Part shown: positions 48,286-60,145 of the stretch, piece after piece | How positions within the stretch are numbered: position 1 is the first letter of the stretch | Layout of the letters: every line of letters begins with the position of its first letter | Origin: Dendrobates tinctorius | Taxonomy: Eukaryota | DNA: 64,000 nucleotides | Direction: 5' to 3' | Assembly (NCBI RefSeq): GCF_039654945.1 | Contig: NW_027361690.1 | Location: forward strand, 116,250,001 to 116,314,000 | Position numbers and translations under genes: made by a program | The notes under the pieces: model-generated | The model's input: only the letters and a program-made list of their open reading frames with translations | What the model was told of the DNA's origin: nothing | Database searches by the model: none

Positions 48286-50245
48286 GAGATACTGTGCAAC
48301 TAGTGAATGTGCAGACAATGTTTAACTCAAATGTGGTACAAGGCAAGTACAGCAGCTTTTTGGCACAAATTGCTTTAGGAACATTTAGGTTGGTAAATCA
48401 CCCCTAATATTTTCTTAGTCTTTATATGTATATTATTTTCCTGCCATTTCTTAAAGGGGTATTCTCATTTCCGATATCCTATCCCAATATGCAGTAGGTG
48501 TAGTAGTCGTAATATTAGCAAATGCCTACAATTAGAAATGTAGTAGAGTTCTTCTGATTCACTGTCTCTTTCCTCATGTGCAAGCATTGCAGGACCTTAG
48601 GTATCTGTGGTTACGACCACTAAAAAAACTAGCTGTTACTGAGTGGTCGTAACCATGGATACCTAAGGTTGTGCAATGCTTGCACTTGAGTAGATAGAGC
48701 GAATCAAAAGAACTATACTACATTTATAATTTGACATATTTGCCAATATTATTACTACACTTACTAAATATGGAGATGGGAATACCCCTAAAAGTGTTAT
48801 AGCAAGGCCTGTGGGAAAAGCACACCTTAAATCCAAAAAGATGGCTGTGTAAGGGCCTGTGCACTTGATGTCTTTATCAGGCGGATTCCACCAGAAATGT
48901 GCCTGAAAGAGCGCAAGAAAAACAGAAAAACCTGCTATAAAGTGAACGTAATGCCCGGCAATGTGAGGTGTCACTGCGCTGCGTATGTCCCGGGGTTTGT
49001 TACTCCTTTTTGTCCTCTTCAGGATTCACAAACTGTGATCCAGTGAAAAGAAGTGGCACGTTCACTCCTGCGATCGCTGAAAGTATAGAAGAAAAACAAT
49101 GACAAAACCGCCCGTGGCTATGTGCACAGTTTTTCAAGGAGCTTTTTTTTTTTTGACAGAAACTGAGCAGAATTTCCAAGATTTTGAGGAGGATTTAGAG
49201 TTTCAGTTTCTACTTCATCTAGGAAAACCTTGTTTGGTGCGCCGGCGTCTTTAAGATCTTGCATGTACATGTGTCCTAAGTAGACAGTTTGCTAGCTGCA
49301 GCAGGCGCTTATAATGCAATGGCGTTTCTGGCAGTTAAACAGTTAATGATGTGTGACAGATCAATTCCTTTTACCAAGTTGGTATATGTTTGCAGTACCT
49401 GTGTTTACCTGCAGATGTCAGTATCGGTCCGGGGTCGTCTCTTACCGTACTGCAGACGTGTAGGGACTTGTTCATGCTAGAAACCTACACTGGACCCCAC
49501 CTGTTCTGACCCTGTACATGGGGCACAGATCGGAGCTCCTGCCATGATTTATATAGGATGCAGGCTTTTCTGGGAGGCAGGGTTGGGGGATTTATTACAC
49601 TGAACTAACACCAGTGACCATCGGTGATTGAGGAAGAAATTTCCAGGCAAAATGTCACATTACTTGGTGGCTTCCATCTCCTATATACATGTCTATGGGT
49701 GCGCGTGAAACATCGGACTGCAGTCGGTTGTCATCTGATTGCAGTCCAACATACAAGCACAGAGAAGATGGATAAATTAAGTTCTCCGTCTCCTCCGCAC
49801 CTGTGCTGTGATTCTCTCATGCAAGAGATTTGGATCACACTCGTGACCCTTAGATAAAACGCTGGCATAGTTTGATCCAAGTGTCACTAGCATAATCGGC
49901 CCGATTGGCAGTGTGAGCGAGCCCTTAAAGCGGCTATTCAGGCGCCTGATCTGACATCAGACTCTGCGGCACACTGACAGTCTCTGAGTAACCTATGTAT
50001 ACCGTGGCCATAATGTAGAGTTGGCCTGGCACGGGTTATTAATCTGCAGATCAATGGCAGCTCCAGCTTATTTCAGTAGCATCCGCAACTCCTTTAATGT
50101 GTATGGTCGCCACAGATGGCACCTACTCAGAAAATTTCACCAAAATTGGCTGCAACTGCGGATAAATACTAATGTGTATGTCCGGCTTAGGCCTTGTGCA
50201 GATGACAATATTGTGGCATTATAATATGGCTCCAATAGAAATCTA

Positions 50246-51261
50246 CAGTGGATTGCGAAAGTATTCACCCCTTTGCCATTTATCGTGTTTTGCAAAATAA
50301 CTGAAAACGTCAGTGTGCATAAATATTGGCTTCTGGGATTTTTGCCCATTCCTCAAGACAAAACTGCTCCAGCTCCTTCAAGTTTGCTGTTCACCAGAGG
50401 AAACCATCTATCTTCAAGTGTGACCACAGATTCTTAGTTGCATTAAGGTCTGGTCTTTGACTAGGCAACTCCAAAACATTTACACATTTCCCCTTAAACC
50501 ACTCGAGTGTTGCTTTAGCAGTATGCTGTGGGTCATTATCTTGTTGGAAGGTGAATCTCCAGCCCAGTCTCAAATCACTGACAGACTGACTTTGCTCAAG
50601 AATATTCCTGTATTTCACACCATCCATCTTCCCCTTGACTCAGATCATTTTGTCTGTCCCTGCTGCTGAAAAAATCCCCACAGCATGATGCTGCCACCAC
50701 CATGTTTCACTGTGGGGATGATGTTCATGGCGTGATGAGCTATATCGGTTTGCCGACAGACACATAGTTTAACTTGATGGCTAAAAAGTTCAATTTTCTC
50801 CCACTTTTTTTGTTAAACTCAAAACGATCCTTACAATTTGTGTGTGCAAGTAAAGGTTTTTTTTCTGCCCGCTCTTCCATACAGGCCACCTATACGGAGT
50901 GTATGGCTTATTGTGGTCATATGGACAGATACTCCAGTCTCTGCTTGGGAACTCTGCAGCTCCTTTGGTCTCTGTGCTGCTTGATTATTGCCCTCCTTTC
51001 CCGGGCTGAGTGTTTTGGTGGGCAGCCCTCTTTTGGCAGGTTTGTTATGGCACCATGTTCTTTTCATTTGATGATAATGGAGTTGATGATGCTCCGGCGG
51101 GGATCATCAGAGATTAGGATATTTTATTGTAACCCAGCCCTGACATGTATTTCTCAACAACTTTGTCCCTGACTTGTTTGGAGATCTTGGTCTTCATGGT
51201 GTGGTTTGTGGTACCTCTTGCTTAATGGTGTTGCAGCCTCTGGCCTTTCCGTACAGGTGTG
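50246..51261 (-). mobile_element. Degenerate Tc1
   Basis: TA-cagtg end; MDGVKYRNILE..FTFQQDNDPQH..SQRPDLN. Confidence 0.8.
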
Positions 51262-51573
51262 TACAGTGGGGGAAAAAAAAGTATTTAGTCGGCCACCAAT
51301 TGTGCAAGTTCTCCCACTTAAAAGATAATTAGAACTGCAAGGAAAAAAAGCGCAATAGGGTCTTATCTGAGAAAACCAAGATATCAAATAGTAGTTTATA
51401 CTCACCGTATACAGGAGAGTAACAAGCATAAAGAAATGCGGTCAGCTTGCTGCACATCCAAATGACCACGCTGTGGCCATAAATCTTCAGATTCACTAAT
51501 AGGACTTTTATGGATCAAAACGTGCGCTGCCAGACCATCAATCCTCACAGGTGGTATATTTAATATATTTATT

Positions 51574-51615
51574 TCCCAACGCGTTTCGAGGTCATAAAAC
51601 CTCTTCCTCAGGGGA
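51574..51615 (-). ncRNA. Minimal type I hammerhead ribozyme (mirror copy)
   Basis: Exact reverse complement of 51632-51673. Confidence 0.78.
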
Positions 51616-51631
51616 TGACATGTACATGTCA

Positions 51632-51673
51632 TCCCCTGAGGAAGAGGTTTTATGACCTCGAAACGCGTTGGGA
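51632..51673 (+). ncRNA. Minimal type I hammerhead ribozyme
   Basis: UCCC-CUGAGGA-A-GAGGU(UUUAUG)ACCUC-GAAA-CGCG-UU/GGGA; predicted cleavage after 51669. Confidence 0.78.
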
Positions 51674-53538
51674 AATAAATATATTAAATATACCACCTGT
51701 GAGGATTGATGGTCTGGCAGCGCACGTTTTGATCCATAAAAGTCCTATTAGTGAATCCCACTTAAAAGATGAGAGAGGCCTGTAACTGACATCATAGGTA
51801 GACCACAACTATGAGAGTCAAAATGAGAAAACAAATCCAGAAAATCACATTGTCTGATTTGGCAAGATTTATTTTGCAAATTATAGTGGAAAATAAGTAT
51901 TTGGTCACCTAGAAACCATGCAAGATTTCTGGCTCTCACAGACCTGTAACTTCTTCTTTAAGAGGCTCCTCTGTCCTCCACTCATTACCTGTAGTAATGG
52001 CTCCTGTTTGAACTTATCAGTATAAAAGACACCTGTCCACAACCTCAATCAGTCACACGCCAAACTCCACTATGATGAAGACCAAAGAGCTGTCGAAGGA
52101 CACCAGAAACAAAATTATAGCCCTGCACCAGGCTGGGAAGACTGAATCTGCAATAGGCAAGCTCCTAAAAGGGGTGTTGTAATGTTCTATGCTCCTGAGC
52201 ACACTGCTCCTCTCCCTCCTGGTTCCTGAGGCCAGTGCGCTCTAGAACCAGTGGTGTGGCTTGCTGCTGGTCTGATCCATGCACACTGCCATGATGTTAG
52301 CGCAGACCGTTTTGCCTTTGCAGCTTGGGGAATGAAATTGGCCGTGTCCAGCGTGGCGTTAGCAGATTATAGAGCCTACAAGCGGTATGCGCTCCTTGAC
52401 TAGGTACCCGACCACTCCTGGACTAGAGGGTGGCGGGCTGGTGACCTCGCCAATGAGCTGTAAACTGTAAAATTAAAAATCCCTCTGCTCTTGAACTGGC
52501 AGATTTTTTTTTTTTTTTTTCTAAATTAAAGGTAAATTTCAACGTTGCTTGTTCTCACAAGTCCTCTGCAATTTTAACCATTTCAGAACTTGAGGCCAGC
52601 CCCTTTTAATGTCTCCCCCCTCCGCCGGTCTGTGTGGCAGATACATGCAGTGCAACGTTTCACACGTTAGTCACGCAGCACATGAATAAACGCTGCGCAC
52701 ACCACTTTTATCATGTTTGTCAGATGCAGCCCACACACGGGTGTCTTCTAGTTTTGAGTTGCTTCTGTCAATTGATGGTAAGTTTAACCCTTTCTGGGCT
52801 GGGACGGGAGACTGATCTGCTTTGTAATGTGCTAACACAAATCTGCAGTTAAACTGATTTACAAAGAATCACACCGGGACTGAAAGTAATAAATCATTGT
52901 CCATTTAATCATTTGTTAATCCAAACCCGCACTGGAGATGAAGGCATCCGGAGAAACCATTCATCGGAGGAAAGCTTCTCCACTTTATTTGCATATGTCC
53001 AGTTTCGCAGATATCCCAATGGAAATGATCAAGAAAGTAGAAAGTCTGACACTTGATATAGGTAGACGGGACTATTTGTTGGGGCCAGATCGTTAGTGTA
53101 TGCCGCATATAATGGTGTCCCAGGAAGAACATCGTTTGGAAATTTTTCCCTTCTTACGATATGGTCCCATACAACCGCATCATAAGGTATCCATCTAATA
53201 TCACCCTACTGTGTGCAGACAGGGTTTTAGGAGGCCCGATTTTCTCAGGCTTTAGTCTGGCCCTGGTCCATCTGTGCACCAGTGGTTTCATGTCATGGCA
53301 TCCTTCATCTGCCAAAGCATACTGCAAGGTCTAATTTTTCATAATTAAAGTTGGAGACCCCCATCCTATAAAAAGTTCCTAGTGTAGGACACAAAGGTAA
53401 AGTCACTACCACTGAGCAACTTCTAATCTCGTACCCAGACATATTTTCCCAACTTCCCCTGTTAAGATATTTGACCACTTTTTATTACAGGGTTATTCCA
53501 ACATCTATTACATATCCAAGGATGCTGCCTTAATTTAA

Positions 53539-54468
53539 AGGGAACCTGTCAGCAGGATTGTGCACAGTAACCTACAGACAGTGTCAGGTCAGCACCGTTA
53601 TACTGATTAATATGATACCTGGTGATGAAATCTGTCTTGTGGTGGTTGTGTAATCTTTATTTTCAGTTTTAAGTTACTGGTATGCTCGTGCCCCGGGGCG
53701 GCCTGTGGGGGGATCTTCATGTGGTGCTCTGCCTAGGTATTCATGTGTATGGCTTCTGACCGGTCACTGATCCCTCCCCCCTAGTTTACATAACGAATAT
53801 TAATATATAATTTTTTTTAAATCCCCCTTCTGCAGGCAGGCGCCTGCGGTGCACCATGATTGCATCCATATGGTGCATTTAATTATTCTTTTTGATGGTA
53901 TCTTTAAATTCCTGAAGCAAAAAAAATCCAATTGAAAATGGTGCCGGCCGCGCATGCGCATTAGCAGCTATCCGATAAGACGTTACCGCACAGGTGGCAG
54001 CAGTGCCATCTAGGAGGAGACTTCTTTTTTTTTTTCTCTAGCAGGATGGATCACCGATGGCTGCTAATGCGCAGGCGCAGTCCGTGCCATTTTCAATTGG
54101 ACTTTTTTTGTTTTAGGAATTTTAAGATACCATCAAAAAGAATAATTAAATGCACAATATGGATGCAATCATGGTGCCTGCAAAAGGGGATTTTTTATTT
54201 AAATATAATATTCAGTATGTAAAGTAGGGGGCAGATCAGTGACCTGTCAGCAGGCTGCATTATGAATACCTAATCAGCATCATATGAAGACCCCCAACAC
54301 ACAGGCTGCCATGGGGCACGGGCATATCATTAACTCAAAACAGAGAATAAAGATAAAACGACAACCACAAGGCAGATTTCATCACCAGGTGTCATTGTAA
54401 TCAGTATGATGGCCCCGACCTGACACTGTCTGTAGGATACTGTGCACAATCCTGCTGACAGGTTCCAT
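53539..54468. mobile_element. Kolobok-type foldback MITE with ~450-bp arms
   Basis: TTAA TSD; AGGGAACCTGTCAGCAGGATTGTGCACAGTA inverted at both ends. Confidence 0.88.
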
Positions 54469-55447
54469 TTAAGAAATCTGCCCCTTGGTTGTCGGTGTTT
54501 TCTCATCAAAAACTTTCCTCACCGAACCTCACAATCTAATTTCCCTATCTAATGCAAATCCTTCACAAATGGAAAATATGGCCATGTACCTGCTAACTAC
54601 TGCCAAGAGATACAGAACATTATCTGATCAGTCCTCTCCTACTTTATGTTCTGGGGCCCTCCAGAAACGGAGATATACACAGTTACAATAAAAAGAAATA
54701 TTCTTGAAAATTAGGAAATTAAGTTTATTAGCAAAACTTACAGATTTTCTGCTGATCTTGTTTCATTGATTTATTGCAAAGTAAATACAGCGGCATGTAA
54801 AAGTTTGGGCACCCCTGGTCAAAATGACTTATTGTGAACAGTTAAGCAAGTTGAAGATGAAATGGTCTCTTAGGCTGGTTTCACACTAGCGTTTGATCGC
54901 GCAGCTATCGGGCGCACACGCAATGTTCCCCTATCTTTAACATGGTGATCGCAGGGTCTTGCGAATGTACGCGCTCATCAGCGTTTAGCCAGCGCTGTGC
55001 ATTTTACAGGTGTGCGCCCAGACGTGCCGAACGCTACATGTTGCATTTTTTGTTCCGCCTACATACTTTAAAAAAATTGCGCGTGCACATGTGCACTCGG
55101 TGTGCGCCCAAAAATAGCATTAGTCTGTGATCGCTGACGAGCGCTTGGCACCGCACACGTCAGCGCCTTGTGCGCGCACGCGCTTTGAGTAAACAATGTC
55201 TAGACACTTGTCTAAAACTCCCCCTAAACAAGCAACATTGTTTGGGAGGAGTGTAGATAAAAGGTGTCTTCAGGGTCAGACCATTACTCTACAGACAGCC
55301 TTGGAGAGAGCAGACAAAAGCCCAGAAGAGCCTTCCAAGTGTGGATTCAAGCTTCAGGAGCCAAAATGTGAGTATTCTTCAGCATAATGTCTGTGTGTCC
55401 TGTACAATTTTATAATGTACTAATGTTTAATTTGTTTTCTTTTCAGC

Positions 55448-58117
55448 ATGTCTTCTTCTGGATCGGTCTATTCACCATCTCGGCAAGAATTGGCCCAAGC
55501 TGATCGTGAGGTGACAATCTTGCTGCCTTTGGGTAAGTATAGCTGCCTCTAGAAATGTGTGTTAATTTTTTATTTCTTTACAGACATCGGACACGGGCAG
55601 TGAAGATGGAGTGCGGGAGCGGTCTGAGCGGGAGGATTCAGAGCGAGAGCAGCATAGTCAAGTCGTGGCAAGGAGACGCAATGTGAGTATATAATGTGCC
55701 TTTTTTTTTCTGTCTTTATTTTCATCTTTTATCTTGCTTCTTCTCTGTTTCTTTTTCTATCTTTTTCATTCTCCAATATTACAAACATTCTAATATATTT
55801 CTTTTTTTCTAGGTTCCACAACGGGATGACGAAGAAGTCTCCATCGACAACGAGCACCTGATCCGCCTCGTTGAGGAGCGTATCCCGTTGTGGGACAGCC
55901 GTGACCAGCAGTACAAAGACACAGTGGTGACCCGGCAGCTCTGGAATGAGGTGGCCGCAGCGATGATGGATGGCTGGGACAGTGCCTCTACAGCTTCGAA
56001 AAGGGCGTTGAGTAAGTATAAAGATGCTCTGTGATACTGCATTGATTTTTTTTGTCCTGATGGTGCTGGTGTTTTTTTGGCAAGATATATCCTTGCATTG
56101 AAAACACCAATGCCATGTGGCACACTGTGATTGATTTTGGTCTTCAACTGCTGCATTGATTGATGGTCCTGATGGTGCTGGTGTTTTTTTGGCAAGATAT
56201 ATCCTTGCATTGAAAACACCAATGCCATGTGGCACACTGTGATTGATTTTGGTCTTCAACTGCTGCATTGATTGATGGTCCTGATGGTGCTGGTGTTTTT
56301 TTGGCAAGATATATTCTTGCATTGAAAACACCAATGCCATGTGGCACACTGTGATTGATTGATAGTCCTCATGGTGCTGGTGCTTTTTTGGCAAGATATA
56401 TTGTAGTGAAAAGTTCAATCTGTTGTGTGTGCTGATAATTAAGTCGTCTTAAGTGCATTTTATAATTTTTTTTTTTTTTCCCAACAGTGAACATAATACG
56501 CACACGTTGGCGCTCGATGAAGGACCGCTTCATCCCTGATGATCGTGCTGAGGGACAGGTTCGGAGTGGTTCAGCGGCAAGGCGCAGAAGAAAGTACCGC
56601 TACTATCGAGAGTTGGCTTTCCTGAGACCGGTCCTTGCCAGCAGAGCGTATGTGTTTTTTTTGTTTTGTTATTACTATGTGTTTTTCAGTTCAACAGGTG
56701 ATGCTTCTTGTAAATACATGATACTAATGTTTTCCCTTTCTTTCCACAGCACTTGGAGCAGCACCCTGCAACCTGTCCCGGGAGCGGTTCTTCATCGATC
56801 GACCTCGGACCCGTCCCAGCCATCCGACAGCCAGGAAGCATCTTGCAGGTCAGCAACACAGACAGCTGGTGACCAGGAAGCTGGTCCATCAGGTGTTCCC
56901 CTGTCCCAGGTCTCTGTCACTGGTTATGCGGGCACTACCCGCCAGCGGCAGAGGGCCTCGGACAGACCTATCATGCCCGAGTTCATGCTCTTGAGCGAGG
57001 CCTTTAAGGGCAGCATCAAGGTGCTGTCCGCCAGAATGGAAAGCTGTTTTTCCCTGATGGAACGTGGTTTTAACCACATGGAACACCACTTCCACTCTGT
57101 CGACCAGCGCCTTGACCGTCTGGAGGCCGACCTCAACAGACTGGTGCACCATTTTTTCAGTAAAATTGAACAGGGCATAGCGGAACACCTTAGTCCTGAG
57201 CAACAGCTGAGTGTGTTACAGGCCTGCAACACTGCTTACTTGCAGGCTATGCAGCAGAATCGGTATGTTCAGCAGTCAGTGGTGTCATTTCCAACAGTTC
57301 CACTGCTGACTCGATTTACCACACTACTGACTTCTGCATTCCCAGCGAAGCCGGACACCACTACACCACCCCAAGTCTGAGTGCTGCTGGACACTCCTCC
57401 GCCACCACCACTATGTCAAGCGCTGCTTCTGTATGGAGCACCACCACCGCCAAAGCACCACCAGCTTGAAGCCAAACCACCACAGAACCTGCTTGGGCCA
57501 CTGACACCACCAGTCAACACCAAAGGAGCACCGCCAGCTCTCCTCAGGAACAGAGCACCGCCAGCACTCCTCAGTAACAGAGCACCGGCAGTACTCCGCA
57601 TCAAAGGAGCATCACCACCACTCCTCATTGAAAGATAACCGCCACCAATTCTCCTCCTCGGAGTCCCCAAAGAACTTTGGCTGAGATCCCAGACAGGCAG
57701 CCTCCTGCTCGGAGCACCGACCCAACTTTCTCCCCTTCTAGGAGCACCGCCACTGCCACTTCCAGCAGCACCGACACCGCCACCACAGAGCAGCAAAGTG
57801 GGGATCCGCACTCCCTTTTTTACAGGGCAACGCCACAGTCCACCGTCACCAGGCGGGCGGTCAACAAAAGTAAGGCATTCACAGGCTGCCAGTTAGTCCG
57901 GGCAGGATATTCCTGCGCTAAAGAAAAGAAAACTTTGTTCGTCCATCCACCCTCTCCTCCTAATGTCTCTCAACATGCCTCCTTGTCCATTCCAGAGCTC
58001 CCTTCCCCCAGGACTTTCGTCGCCCCTTCTCCTAGAACCCCTCCCTCAACCTACAGTCGTTCCTCGTCTCTCCACACACCCAAAGTATCCCAAACTTCCC
58101 CCAAAGGTCATTCCTAA
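55448..58117 (+). CDS. Harbinger MADF/Myb-like gene, ~5 exons; MADF domain open, 3' part frameshifted
   Basis: Exon 55813-56011 IDNEHLIRLVEERIPLWDSRDQQYKD..LWNEVA and exon from 56488 IIRTRWRSMKDRF..YRYYRELAFL; GT/AG boundaries. Confidence 0.75.
56038..56400. repeat. 112-bp tandem repeat (~3.2 copies) in the MADF intron
   Basis: gtcctgatggtgctgg at 56054, 56166, 56278. Confidence 0.92.
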
Positions 58118-58676
58118 TAAAATATTTTTTTTTGTTTGTTACAAAATAAATGTGCACTTGTGCTTTCACAAAATCTGGATTGGCTACTGTGTCTATCGCC
58201 GACTACACACATTGCGCCGTACACTTAGTGTTTTTGCCACCAGATATCTCCATTACTGACATATTTCTTGTGTTAGTCTTTGAGATATGTGTTGTCAACG
58301 CAACAAATCTACATGACTTTTTTCCACAGCAATCTCTACATTCTTGTAATATTGCACGGTTCCCCAACTCCAGTCCTCATGGGCCACCAACAGATCATGT
58401 TGTATGGAATCCTCTTTTTATTTCATTACAACATGATCTGTTGGTGGACCTTGAGGACTGAAGTTGGGGAACCTTGAGTATTAGTGAATTCATGATGCAC
58501 AAAACACAGCATCATAAATTCACTGGTACACCTGGCTACTTGCTAATGGTATTGGGAGTGTAAAAACAGAGAATGCACTCAGTACAGGTATCAAAACAGT
58601 TTGTTTTATTAACATACCAACAACAGGTATCAAAAAGGTTTTTTTTTTTATTAACATACCACCAAGAAAATTTTTT

Positions 58677-60145
58677 TCACATCATTTGCTCTTGCCATTC
58701 CACCCGTCCTACATCTGAGTTGAAGTAGACCGCAAATTGGTCCCTCATTTGGCCAACTTCAACGGATGACCTGAGAGGGTGCTGTGTAAATTCTGGCAAA
58801 GGATTAGGAGCAGCATCATCAAGATCAAAGTTCAGGTGCTCTAGAGAAATTACAAAGTTATGTAGAACAACACAGGCCTTGACCACCTCATCCACGGTTT
58901 CCAGTTTCAGATTAATAGCTGTGCCAAGAATGCGCCATCTCGATACAAGTATACCAAATGCACACTCTACTGTTCTCCTGGCCCTGGTCAGCCTGTAATT
59001 TATAAATTCTTTTGTTGTGGTCCAAGTCCCGGCTGGAGTAGGGTTTCAGCAGGTTTTGGGACATCTGGAACGCTTCATCACCAACCATTACAAACGGCTG
59101 TGGCGGACCTTCGGTGTTGGGAAGAGGACGTGGCATGGGGAAATTGAAGTTGTTGCCATACAACCTTCGGCCCATGTTCGAGGTCTTAAAAGCCTGGGAG
59201 TCATTCCCACGGCCAAATGCCCCAATGTCCACTGCAATAAAATTACAGTCTGCATCCGCAATGGCCATCAGTACAGTAGAAAAGTACTTTTTGTAGTTAA
59301 AGAACTCAGAGCCAGTTCTTTTGGGCTTGATAATCCGGATGTGTTTCCCATCCACCGCTCCCAAACAGTTTGGGAAATTGCAGACAGTCCAGAATCTTTC
59401 GGCGATTTCCAACTACTTTTCTTGCGGTTGGCATGGGCATGAATTTGGGACAGAGAACGTTCCAGAGAGCCCGGCAGGTGTCCGCAACAATTCCAGACAA
59501 CGTGGAGATTCCAATCCGGTACTGGAAGTGCAGTGACGAGAGGGTCTCTCCATCAGCCAGGAATCTGTAACACAAAGAAAACAATAATTAATATTTGTGT
59601 ATACGTAATTTTTTTCACACGTTTAATTAAACCCCCCCCCCAAAAAAAAAAAAAAAAAAAAAAATTCTGCAGCCTTTGGTTCAATACATGCCATGAAAAA
59701 ATTACCGCAGCTTTTTTTAGTTAACGACATGGCTGAACTATTTTGAAGAGTACATGTCACAACCAAGAAAAATCAGCAGCCATTGGTTTATGAAAACTAC
59801 GTACCTTAATGTGACCAGGAGCCGTTCCTCAGGAGGAATCGCACAGCGGAGCTGCGTGTCCTGTCTCCGGATGGCTTCTTGTACCCGACCAAGCAAATAG
59901 TGAAAGGTTTCTTGGGTCATCCGGGTATAATCCGTAAATTTCTCCGGGTTTGCCTGGAGCTCGCTGTAGAGGGTGTGGTACGCTCCACGGCTCTCCCGGA
60001 GTTCAATAATGGGATGTATCCACATACGCCGCTGCTGCCGTCTTCGCTGCCTCTCTCTCTCCCTCTGTTCATGGCAAGCAACGGCATAAGCCTGAGCCAT
60101 TCTCATGTCCAGATCCAAGTAAAAGCTCTTCCAGCGCAGATCCAT
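58677..60145 (-). pseudogene. Harbinger DDE transposase, 2 exons (intron 59565-59804), frameshifted
   Basis: RRMWIHP, EERLLVTLR|FLADG, FPNCLGAVDGKH, VGDEAF, CVVLHNF in shifting frames. Confidence 0.9.

Larger units (their letters stand above)
51327..51755 (-). mobile_element. Penelope-like element fragment: pLTR plus inverted copy
   Basis: 15-bp TSD tcccacttaaaagat (51312-26, 51756-70); perfect palindrome 51490-51757; hammerheads; intron-like GTGAGT..TTGCAG at 51405-51335. Confidence 0.82.
51264..52165 (+). mobile_element. Tc1 5' part, interrupted by the Penelope-like insertion
   Basis: TA-cagtggggga TIR; MMKTKELSKDTRNKIIALHQAGK at 52072. Confidence 0.85.
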
